From NCBI GenBank assembly GCA_964019335.1, contig OZ025726.1, positions 186,001 through 250,000 on the forward strand: a stretch of 64,000 bases of DNA. The letters run 5' to 3'. The notes under the pieces were generated by a model that saw nothing but the letters and a program-made list of their open reading frames with translations, ran no database searches and was not told where the DNA came from. The position numbers were made by a program, and so were the translations under genes. Below are positions 54,693 to 64,000 of this stretch, piece after piece. How positions within the stretch are numbered: position 1 is the first letter of the stretch; each line of letters begins with the position of its first letter. This DNA comes from Diplonema japonicum (Eukaryota > Protista > Euglenozoa: Diplonemea).

Positions 54693-55352
54693 TCATGGAG
54701 ACGTTGTTTTGTACTCGATGTGCAGCAGCGCCATGGCGGCCGTTGCCGCCCACTTCACCTCTCCAAACCCGTGTGAAAGAATTTTTTCCGCCAGGTTTTT
54801 CGTGCTGAGCTTCACGATTGACCGTGCCTCGAGATCGTCGTCTGTAAGGTGCACATCGACATGGGCAGCACCCACTGCGAGGAAGCACGAGATGAAACCG
54901 CCACCGCGATTTGCAGCAACTCGGTAGGTACCGAGGTCTATCCAGGTAGGTGCTGTCATGGAAAGCTCTTCTTTGAGTTCTCGTTGAGCGGTTTGGAGGG
55001 GTGTTTCATGGGGCTCGATGATGCCCCCAAGGACGGCTAAAGCAGGTTTTTCCAGCCCGTACTTGCTCTGCTTGAAGACCAAGAAGTCGCCTTCTGTGTC
55101 TTGCACCAAAACGTTGACTGCGTCGGTCTCGTCAAACCACAGCCAGTCATCGAAGACCTTGTCCCCCACCTTCACCTTGTGCAGCTCGCACCGACCGAAC
55201 TTCGTGCTCACCATCAACTTGGAGCCAACCGTGTTCTCCGGCCTCCACAGCTTCCCTCGAAACACATCCTTCACTTCTTTCTCTGATGACTTCGTCCACA
55301 CCCACCAAGTCGCTGTGGCCAGCAGCACTGCCGTGATCGTTTTGGCGTGCAT
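54693..55352 (-). CDS. NUDIX hydrolase (ADP-ribose pyrophosphatase-like), N-terminal anchor
   Basis: GGIIEPHETPLQTAQRELKEELS Nudix box. Confidence 0.9.
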   Translation of the reverse strand: MHAKTITAVLLATATWWVWTKSSEKEVKDVFRGKLWRPENTVGSKLMVSTKFGRCELHKVKVGDKVFDDWLWFDETDAVNVLVQDTEGDFLVFKQSKYGLEKPALAVLGGIIEPHETPLQTAQRELKEELSMTAPTWIDLGTYRVAANRGGGFISCFLAVGAAHVDVHLTDDDLEARSIVKLSTKNLAEKILSHGFGEVKWAATAAMALLHIEYKTTSP

Positions 55353-55525
55353 TTCCCGTTAGCCGCTCGTTTTTTTTTTCTTCTTTTTTTTTTTCCTGTT
55401 TGCAGGGTTGAGATTATTTTATTTTTAAAAAGAAAGGGAAAACGAAAAAAAAACTTTACATTTGGATTAAAAGCATAAAGACGGGGGGGGGGGGGGGATT
55501 TCTTCGTTTTCTTTTTCCTTTTTGG

Positions 55526-56152
55526 TTACTCCCCCAAATAGAACCGTTCCTTCCAGTCTTTCACAGCGCCTTCCGTGGTTTCCTGCATTTCCCGTTCCTT
55601 CTCGGCTTCGTGTGTTCGTTTCTGCGCGTCCGTGCGCTGTTTCAGAATGGTGGTCACGTCGTAGATCTGGTCCTCTGACGCCCCTGTCGCCCGGAGGTCG
55701 AAGGTTGTCAGACTGTTATTCTGCCTTGCGGCTGAGATGAGCGCCTTGGCACCGTCCTCACCTATTTGATTCCCTGTGAAGTACAGGTTCACCAAGGTGT
55801 CGTTCCGCTTCAGAGTGTCTGAAAGGGTCTCGCTGCAGAGGGGGCCCAGACTGTTGCTCGAGAGGTTCAGCTCCTTCAAAGTAGTATTCGATGCAAGGCC
55901 TGTGATGATGGGCACGCCACCTTCATCTGACAATTTGTTCAGTTTGAGAGAAAACCTCTCGAGAATAGCATTGACAGTCAAGGCCCTACCAAGAGCCTTG
56001 CCACCACTGGAACCAATCAAATTGTCGGAAAGATCGAGGTGCCTGATGTACTGTCCGGGCTTTCCCTCTTTATTAGGTTTCATAAGCAGCGTTGAAAGGG
56101 CTCTGGCACCATCGTCGGAAATCTGTTTATTTATTATTATTATTATTTTTAT

Positions 56153-56199
<47 letters not shown>

Positions 56200-57157
56200 C
56201 CCGTACCTTATTGTGGCTCAGGTCCAGGACGTCGATTGTTTCGTTTCGTATCAACCCAAGCAGCAGGCCCTTTACCTTCTCGTCGTCGATTTGGTTCTCA
56301 GGCAGGGCGAGCCTTGTTAGGTTCACTGCAGGGTCTCTCAACACTTTGACAAGCCCCTCTGGCGGGAGGTCCTTGTCGTGGTGGTGACCCACGATGTCGT
56401 CCTTCCTAACCCCGAACATGTCAAGTCGGAAGTTCATCCCTATGTCGAGGACTGAGAATGTGATTCGGAGATCGGTCAGCTTTGGGAGGAGCCTCACGAT
56501 AGCAACCCAGTCGAGGTGTGCCCGCTGTCTGTCAAGGTTTAGAATTTGTATTTTTTCGGGTGCGAGCTTGCATAGCATTTCCAGGATGTCTAAAGGGCGC
56601 ATCCCTGTCACCTTTTCAGGTGCGAGTTTTGACAGTTCTATGCAGTCGTCCTGCTTCTCCTTCGAGAGGGGCTCCCCCGTGTCGTCTTCCATCGACATCA
56701 TGAACTCTTCAATATGTCTTTCAAGATATGTTCGCTTCCAGTCGGGTTCTTTTTTACCGCTGTAGTTCTCTTTGTATTTCATGCATGCTGGGAGTTGGCC
56801 GGATGACGGGGCCCATCGGGCTTCGCATCGAGCTTTCCAGTATGCTTCTGCAGTGACCCGTCTGACGCAAACGTCCAAGGGTAGATCTGTTGAAAGCTGG
56901 TACGTGACCAGCTGTAGTAGTTGCTCTCCCGATACTGTGTACGCCTTGTCATTGGTTTGTTCCGGTCCCTTCTTCCCTCGGAGGACCATCTCGACCCTCG
57001 GCTGGTCTGGGAATGTGTCCGCAACTACCTTTGCACATATCTCTACCAGAGATGGCGTGAAGTATGACGTAACCCCTTTTACACCTTCGTTATATTGCTT
57101 TTCATGTGCACGGATGGTGTGTAGTTTGTTTGCCGTTTCCTTCCGTTTCGAAGGCAT
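55526..57157 (-). CDS. DRC5: Dynein regulatory complex subunit 5 (TCTE1), LRR protein
   Basis: SLVEIC, LSTDLPL, YWKARC..RW, WKRTYLERH followed by RI-type LRRs; in-frame intron 56123-56206. Confidence 0.85.
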
Positions 57158-57254
57158 TTTTTTTTTCTCCCTTTTTTTTTCTTTTTTGCGGTTTGGGGGA
57201 AGGGTTTAATTTAATAAAAAAAATAAAAAATCTATAAAAAAAAAGGGGGGGTGT

Positions 57255-57666
57255 CTAGTGCTGCATTGTCACTGCAGAGCACAGTACGGGTAGCTCTGGT
57301 TGTGGGGAACCGGTGTTCATTTTCACCTGTGAGGCTAAAACCTCTCGCGGCATTTTCTCTTCGGGCAGACCCGATTCCAACACTAACGTGCTGGCTGTGT
57401 GTTTATAACCGTTGAAAATTAGATATTCCCGCACCAGCTCGTTCATCACCAGCGTGTCGCTGGGCATAGGGGGTTTCGGTGCCGATCCTTCGTCCAGTGC
57501 CTTTTTTTCTTTTTTTTTTTTTGTTGCTCCCTCGGCATACCTTCACCACGCTTGCTCTAATTTGCGCTTTAATTTTCTCCAACACCCCTTGCTTCTCCAA
57601 CATCTTTTTCAGCATTGCTGAGACCTCCTCCTCGTGGTCCATTGTGCTTTCTTGTTCTTCGGACAT
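57255..57666 (-). CDS. FOPNL: LisH centriolar protein FOR20/FOPNL/CEP20
   Basis: LEKQGVLEKIKAQIRASV|..NELVREYLIFNGYKHTASTL..ESG; intron 57501-57540. Confidence 0.88.
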
Positions 57667-57905
57667 TTTTTTTTTTTTTTTTTTTTTAAAATTTTCCTCC
57701 TCCCCCCCGCTCCTTTATGTACGTTATTCCTTTTTTTTTTTCCCGCCTTCCTTTGACAGCGCTGAAAACAACAACAACAACAAGAAAAAGAGAAGGGGGG
57801 GAAAAAAAAAGTACAGAAAAGAATTCTATTTTTTTTGACAAAGTTATTATATTTCTAGTTACAACAGGAGGGGGGGGGGAGATGGGGGAACGGGTTAATA
57901 CTCTC

Positions 57906-58460
57906 TCACATCCTCCTCGCGGCTTCGAGCTTCATTTTCATCTCATGCAGACGTGAGGCGGTGTTGTTGATGAGTAGGTTACGGCTGTTTGGGGAGGAAG
58001 GAGCGCTTGAAGGCACAGAGGAAGGGAGGGAAGGAGGTGTCATGTGAACAAGTTCAACAGCACGAAGAGGTGAAGGAGCCATGATGTCTAGCGGTGCCAC
58101 GCTGGGTGGGAGCTGCAGCTGCAGCTGGAGGCGGTGTTCGAGATCTGCCATCTTGAGGTCCTGCTCTGACATCTTTTCCCTGAGCTCGTAGACAAGACTC
58201 TTGTACGAACCAAGTGCATCCCTCAACTCACAGATCTCATCCTCTCCTTCCTCCAACCTCTCCAGCAGCCTCTCCACTTCATTGTCGTCTGCCTCTGCCG
58301 TCACCCCACAGTCCACCTTCTGCACGGAGTGCACCGGCGCTGCAGCAGGTGCCTCTTTAACCACAACCCTACCCACCAGCTTGTGGTACGCGTACACCCC
58401 AACAGCAAACCCGAAAAACAGGGTAAAGCTGTACACGTTGCAGAGCAGGGCTACAAGCAT
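57906..58460 (-). CDS. Hypothetical membrane-anchored coiled-coil protein
   Basis: Hydrophobic N-terminus and E/L-rich coil; 184-aa ORF. Confidence 0.7.
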   Translation of the reverse strand: MLVALLCNVYSFTLFFGFAVGVYAYHKLVGRVVVKEAPAAAPVHSVQKVDCGVTAEADDNEVERLLERLEEGEDEICELRDALGSYKSLVYELREKMSEQDLKMADLEHRLQLQLQLPPSVAPLDIMAPSPLRAVELVHMTPPSLPSSVPSSAPSSPNSRNLLINNTASRLHEMKMKLEAARRM

Positions 58461-58665
58461 TTTTATTTTATTTTATTGTATGTGGTTTTATGTGTATTCC
58501 TTTTGAGTGTCAGATTAGGTTATGAACCGTATACACTTATTTTATAAAAAAAGAAATATATAAAAAGAGAAACATAAGAGGGTACAAGGTACAAGTAGGA
58601 AGGAGAAGATTATACAAAAAAAAAAAATTTTTTTTTGAAAAAAGAAAAAAGATCAAGGAGAAAAC

Positions 58666-59999
58666 CTAAATCTTGTACGACAAAGCGGCCCGCATGGGGG
58701 AGTGCATGGAGATCTTTCTCGGGACGGGGAGCGGGGAGGTCCCTGGGGGTGCGAAGGAGTACCCCTTCTTGAGGGAGTCCAGCGCTTGGGGGGTATGGCG
58801 GCACGCTGTGGAAGATGTTGTTGTCTGCCTGGGTGTCAAGGGGGTACGGGGGGTTTGCGCCACTGACTGCGAACCCTTAGTACTTGTCGGGGTGGTAGGC
58901 TTGACCACCCCTTTCTTAAGGAAAGGCGACTTTGGTTGCTTCGGGCGGGGCATGCCTGGAAGGCTGGCCAAGGGCGTCAGAACCTGCATCGCTTCCTGTT
59001 CAACACCGACAGCATTGTTGTTCCGCAGAGGGGAATGCACCTCGGTGTTAACAGTGTTTTTCTCATCTTCAATTTTTTGAAGGATTTGCTGGTCTTGGTA
59101 CTCTTTTTGTTTAGCTTCGTCGGCAAGGCGTGCGATCCATTCTTCACGCTTTTTGACCTCTGTGGAGGTGACCCTGCTGGACTTTCCTTGGAACAGCCTG
59201 GAAATAGCAGCTTGCTGATCTTTAGCTTTCTGTTCCTTTTCACGACGGGCGTAGTCACGAAGAGCCATCTTTTCCTGTTCAATGGCATCGTCCAATACCT
59301 CCAGCACGGTGGGATGCTCTCCAGAAAGATCATTAAGCTTGAAGTACAGCATGTCAACAACACCGGGGTTCGCGGTGTCGAAAAGAGCCCATTCTTGTTT
59401 GTTCAGCCTCCCGTCACGGTCCCTGTCGTAGGTGTCGAAGAGGTCAGTGACGGGGTTGTGCGTGAAGGATACGAGAATCTTTGAAAATATGTTTTTGAGG
59501 TCCCAAAAGGTGACCCCATGAGACGCTTCTGCCGATGATAGTTTGTTGTAAACCCACTCTCGCCTTTTTTCAGTGTTTAAGCACGGTATGACGCATCTTT
59601 CAATCTCGCCGTGGGGGAGCCAGGTTACCACGTTTCTCGGGGCGGGGACGGGTCCTTCTTGGTCGCTGTGCAGCGTGCTTGTTGGTTGGAATGCAAAAAC
59701 CTGGCAACAGTTTGTCAGTTGCAGCTGGTTGTACAGCTCCGACCACTCCAGCGTGACCTCATCGAAATACTGAAAAAGTTGTACCTTGAAGGGGACGTCT
59801 GGGGAATCCTTCCTTCGCCTTGCTCTGAGCTCGATGTCATATACCGCCTCACATGCACTGTTTTGGATTTTTTTTTTTCCTTTTTTTTTTTTGCCCCATA
59901 CGCCGACAGCTCTATCATTGACGGCCTGGTCAGGAACTCGAAACCGATATTTTCCTTAACTTGGAACAAATCTGCAGATATGTTAACAGTGAATACCAT
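58666..59999 (-). CDS. Second BILBO1-NTD/EF-hand protein
   Basis: ADLFQVKEN..F.TRPSM.EL|...EWSEL..QLTNCCQVFAFQP..HSD; DRDRDGRLNKQE EF-hand; intron 59858-59901. Confidence 0.8.
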
Positions 60000-60647
60000 T
60001 TTTTTTTTCCCCCCTCCCCTTCTTTTTTATTTTCCCCCCCTTTTACCCTTCACCACCGCTCCTGTTTTTATGCGATTTATTGAGATGAAAGAAGAAACAA
60101 AAAAAAAACCTGTTGGATATTCTTTTTTTTTTTTGAAATCTTGTAATTTCACAGGCCCTCTTCGCTTTTTTTTTTTTTTTTTTCTCCCGTCTCTAGTCTA
60201 GAGGAAGGGAGGAAAATGCAGAAAGAGAGAAAAAAAAGGGGGGGAGAAAGCAAAAAAAGAAATAATAATAATAAGGGTGCAATGACCATAGAGAGTTTGA
60301 TCGGAAAAACAAAAAAGAAAAAAAAGTGTTCGTAGAGACGAAAGGGGGGGGGGGGGGGGGTCGAGAGGAGGGCTTGTAGCCGCCAAGAAGATGGGCAAGG
60401 GTACGTACGGGAGAGGATATCTTTTTTTTATTATTTTTTTTTTCCATTTTTCGTTTTTTTTTCCCCTTATTGTTAACCTCCCGAGCACGGGAGAACTTTG
60501 TTAAGAAAAGGTAAGGTGTCCTTGTCCCCGCCATCAATCATCACTTTACAAAGACAAAAAGGAAATTAAATTGTGAGGGTCCGCCCTTTTGTCTTTCTCT
60601 GGTACCCATACAACGGCAGCTGTGAGAGGGCAAAGTTCCTCTCACTT

Positions 60648-60710
60648 TGACTCGCTTCAGGGAGGTGGCGTCACACATCAAAGACCTAAGACCGGTCGTA
60701 CTGCCCCCCC
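60648..60710. ncRNA. Diverged copy 3 of the terminal junction/pseudoknot motif
   Basis: TGACTCGCTTCAGGGAGGTGGCGTCA..GACC..GGTCGTACTGCCCC aligns with 23903-23957 and 36880-36945. Confidence 0.65.
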
Positions 60711-60894
60711 AAAAAAAGAGTAAGTGTGATAGCCTCAGGGGTATCCAACACGGGGCACTGCCAGAAAAAAAAAAGATAAAAACATGTAAGAAAACGCAGA
60801 TAGAGAAGAAGGGAAGAAGAAAGAAAGGAAAAAAGAAACGGAGAAAACATTACAACAGAAAAGATTAGAAGAAAAATAAATACCATGGCCCGAA

Positions 60895-60938
<44 letters not shown>

Positions 60939-60957
60939 GGGAATTTATTTTATCATG

Positions 60958-62363
60958 CTACTTCCTGTTCAGTTCCATATGGGCCCGGACCAAGTGTCCG
61001 GCAGACAATCCAGCCCTTTTTTTTTTTTTTTTTTTTGATTTGCCCAATCCGCCATACATCAAAGAAAGCTCGGCAGAAAGAACAGCCGCCCCAACAATCC
61101 TGGCGAGAAGCTGTGCGTTGGCCCCCGGAGCATCTTGGTTCGGCCCACTACACCCGATCAACTGCAGAATCCCCTTCTGCGGCGTGAGCGTGGTACCCCC
61201 ACCGACAGTTCCGACCTGCACAAGAAATTTCATTCAAAATATAAAAAAAAAAAAAAAAAAAAAAAAAAACACACCTCGATGGAAGGCATTGTGACCGATA
61301 TCCGAAGCGAGCCTTCTTCGGTTTTTTCCATACAAGTGATGGCTGTGGACGATTCTACAACCTGCGCCGGGTCCTGCCCCGCTGCAAGGAACACAGCAGC
61401 GACAGCATTGGCAGCATGTGCATTAAACCCACCTATGGAACCCGCCATGGCCGAACCTATTAGGTTCTTGTCGATGTTGAGCGCGACAAGCTTGTCGACA
61501 GTTGTTTTGAGCACTTCTTCGACAAGATGTGAGGGGACAACAGCTTCACAAACAATACCCTTACCACGGCCCTCTACCCAGTTGATTGCTGACGGCTTCT
61601 TGTCAGTGCACATGTTACCCGACAGTGAGACGACCTCAAGGTTGGGGAACTTCGACACAATCCCCTGCATAACAGCGTCCGTACCCTTTGAAATCATGTT
61701 CATTCCCATCGCATCACCTGTTGTAGCACGGAAGCGGAGGTAAGCTTTTCTCCCTACAACTCTAACCATGCAAGATTGCAGCTTCCCGAACCGTGTGGTG
61801 CTGTTAAACCATTCCTGGATAGTGGGCATGTTCTGCTCAACCCATGTCTGAACTTCAATTGCTTCTTTCATCGATGGCATTGCGACTACAGGGGCACGGG
61901 TCATACCGTCGTGTGTCACGCTCGTGTGGCATCCTCCAGAACGGCTAATACACCTTGCTCCTCGATGTGTAGATGCTACCAGAGCGCCTTCTGTAGTTGC
62001 CATTGGTATGGGGTATTCCTTTCCGTCCATTAGGATGGGGCCTGCCATGCCAACGGGCAGTGGGACGTAGCCGATGATGTTCTCGCAGTTGGAGCCCACT
62101 ACGTTTGTGTAGTCGAAGCCCTCGAAGGGGACGTTGTCGAGGTTTGTAGACCCTTCCTTCGAGTGCATGTAGTCCTTGATGAACTCCCTCCTCACCTGGA
62201 TCGCCCTCTGGTAGTCCGGGGCGTACCCCTTCTCCAGCTCGTGGAACTTTATGCTCTTCTCGTGGATTAGTTTTATCACTTCTTCGTTCGTTTTGTCTCT
62301 TAGGCTCCCTGACGTCAGCATGCGGCGTGCATGCGCAAGTCGGGTACGTGCTGCGGGGATCAT
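60958..62363 (-). CDS. HMGR: HMG-CoA reductase (class I, soluble, mitochondrial-type presequence)
   Basis: [54 protein letters not shown]; introns 61216-61274 and 61016-61057. Confidence 0.96.
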
Positions 62364-62642
62364 TTTTTTTTTTTTTTTTTTTTTTTAAACTTCCTTCGCC
62401 TGTGTCTATTGAATTGGAATTGTTCTGACTTAGGGCAGTCACCGCAGGGAGTTTACTGTTTTACTTCTTTACGTCGACTGTGCTGTGCAGTGTGTCGAGG
62501 GAGAGATTGTCCCCGCAAACCAGCTTCGGTTCGAGAAAAAAAAGGGGGAGATTCGATATGTAATGAAAGAAAGAAAGAAAGCTCCGTGTAGAGCTGCACG
62601 GGGAGAGGAGGAGGGATAGAGGAAAAGAACAGAAGTTCTTCT

Positions 62643-64000
62643 CTACTTCTCAACGGTCAGCGCACGTCGCACCGCAGCTGGCAAGGAGCAGAACATCATG
62701 TCTTTCTTTTTGCTGGCGATGGTCCGGACATAGGCCCCGAACTCCGTCGTGCAAACAGGCGGGTCTTGTGACCGCCGCCGATGCCGGCTCCCTCCGCTAG
62801 AGGGCTTCTTCCTAGGCTGCTCGTACTGCACACTGTCCGTCTGCAACCTCGCGATGCCTGCTGTCAACGGGCGTTTAAACGGTTGGTGTTTCCAATTTGA
62901 CACATGAACAGGGGGCGGGGGCGGGTGCTGGGGAGCATTGGTAAGGAGCTGCGGAGGGTATGGGATGACCTCCTCGATGAGGCTTTTCGCGGGTAAGGCC
63001 AACCCCATCAAAGTAGAAGCCTCAGGACCTGCTTCAGGGGTGGACACAGACACCTCACTACTGTTGGGAGTCAGCGTACTGCAAGAAGACTCCATCTCAC
63101 TAGCTGTACCCGACACTTTTGACAGTGCTCCTGACAGGGTCGAGGGTGCTCCCGACGCAGGTGTGTGAGGCGATTCTAACCGTGATTCTTCATGGACGGG
63201 GGAGTTTTCTGGGCTGCTGTTGAAGGGGGTGAACTTTGTCGTGATCTGGAGCATGGACACAGACTGCTTGTTGATGGGCGAGACAAGGTTTTCCCTCCAG
63301 CTGGGGCGCTTCTCCTTCTTCGCAAGAACAAGCTCTCCGTTTTTTTCACCTGAATCGTTGATGTTCCCGCTCTTGTAGTTACTGCTGTTGTTGTTGTTGT
63401 TATTGTTGTTGTTGTTGTTGTTATTATCGCCGTTTTTGTTGTTGTTGTTGTTGTTGTTGTTATTGTTGTTATTGTTATTGCTGTTATTGTTGTTATTATC
63501 GCCATTTTTGTTGTTGTTGTTGTTGTTCTTATTGGCATAGGTGCTGCTGTTTTTGGGCGTGTTGCCGCCCATACTGTCCTCCGAGCTGCCCTCAATAACG
63601 TCAATAGCACAGGCCAGCTCCAGCTTCCTTGGAGGGGTTGCCTTCGCATCAGTATTCTTCTGTGACTCAACTGCCTTTTTTTTCACTTCACCAGATTTCT
63701 TCCGCCCCACAGACATGTTGCTAAGGTTGCTAAGGTTGCTAGCACTCCTGATGCTGCCCCGATTCACGTTTGAGCTGGGTCGCAGCATGCTGCCGTGGCT
63801 GCTTCGGGACTTTGCGGAGGTCCGGCGTGTCTTGGTGGTCCTTGTGGCCTGTGCGTTCTCTATCAATGAACAAAAAACGTTTACAAGCATGGCTTTGAGC
63901 GAATCGTGGGTTTTACACTCCGGAAGCGAAAGTCCCGACATCAAAAGCTCTCCTGTGTCTATGGCTTCAAGGTACTGTGTCTCAGTGATTTGATACGCGT
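62643..64000 (-). CDS. 3' part of a low-complexity S/N-rich protein (5' end outside window)
   Basis: Long ORF of at least 433 aa with a poly-Asn tract. Confidence 0.65.
   Translation of the reverse strand, partial: AYQITETQYLEAIDTGELLMSGLSLPECKTHDSLKAMLVNVFCSLIENAQATRTTKTRRTSAKSRSSHGSMLRPSSNVNRGSIRSASNLSNLSNMSVGRKKSGEVKKKAVESQKNTDAKATPPRKLELACAIDVIEGSSEDSMGGNTPKNSSTYANKNNNNNNKNGDNNNNNSNNNNNNNNNNNNNNKNGDNNNNNNNNNNNNNSSNYKSGNINDSGEKNGELVLAKKEKRPSWRENLVSPINKQSVSMLQITTKFTPFNSSPENSPVHEESRLESPHTPASGAPSTLSGALSKVSGTASEMESSCSTLTPNSSEVSVSTPEAGPEASTLMGLALPAKSLIEEVIPYPPQLLTNAPQHPPPPPVHVSNWKHQPFKRPLTAGIARLQTDSVQYEQPRKKPSSGGSRHRRRSQDPPVCTTEFGAYVRTIASKKKDMMFCSLPAAVRRALTVEK
63386..63532. repeat. (AAC/AAT)n coding microsatellite, poly-Asn
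   Basis: gttgttgtt runs with duplicated NKNGD spacer. Confidence 0.9.

Overview
Eukaryotic nuclear DNA, almost certainly a euglenozoan and most likely a diplonemid. All ~30 genes lie head-to-tail on the - strand, as in a polycistronic unit. Two carry the BILBO1 N-terminal domain, HMG-CoA reductase is the soluble type, and the genes contain 19 inferred tiny (35-84 nt) GT-AG introns that are mostly poly(A)-filled rather than pyrimidine-rich. Intergenic DNA is dominated by homopolymer runs and holds two 5'-truncated non-LTR retrotransposon relics, a Mutator/foldback relic, a TTAA-flanked piggyBac-type MITE and an inverted-repeat/hairpin element. The most interesting signals are RNA-structural. 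One is a complete HDV-like double-pseudoknot ribozyme fold (35730-35858, + strand, antisense to the genes) heading a short T-run-flanked element. The other is a three-copy dispersed family whose end carries a covarying three-way-junction/pseudoknot that matches no ribozyme class I recognise. Taken with the T-run-flanked LINEs, these suggest a retroelement/ribozyme system. All calls were made by eye, with no folding software or database searches, and homopolymer lengths may be unreliable.
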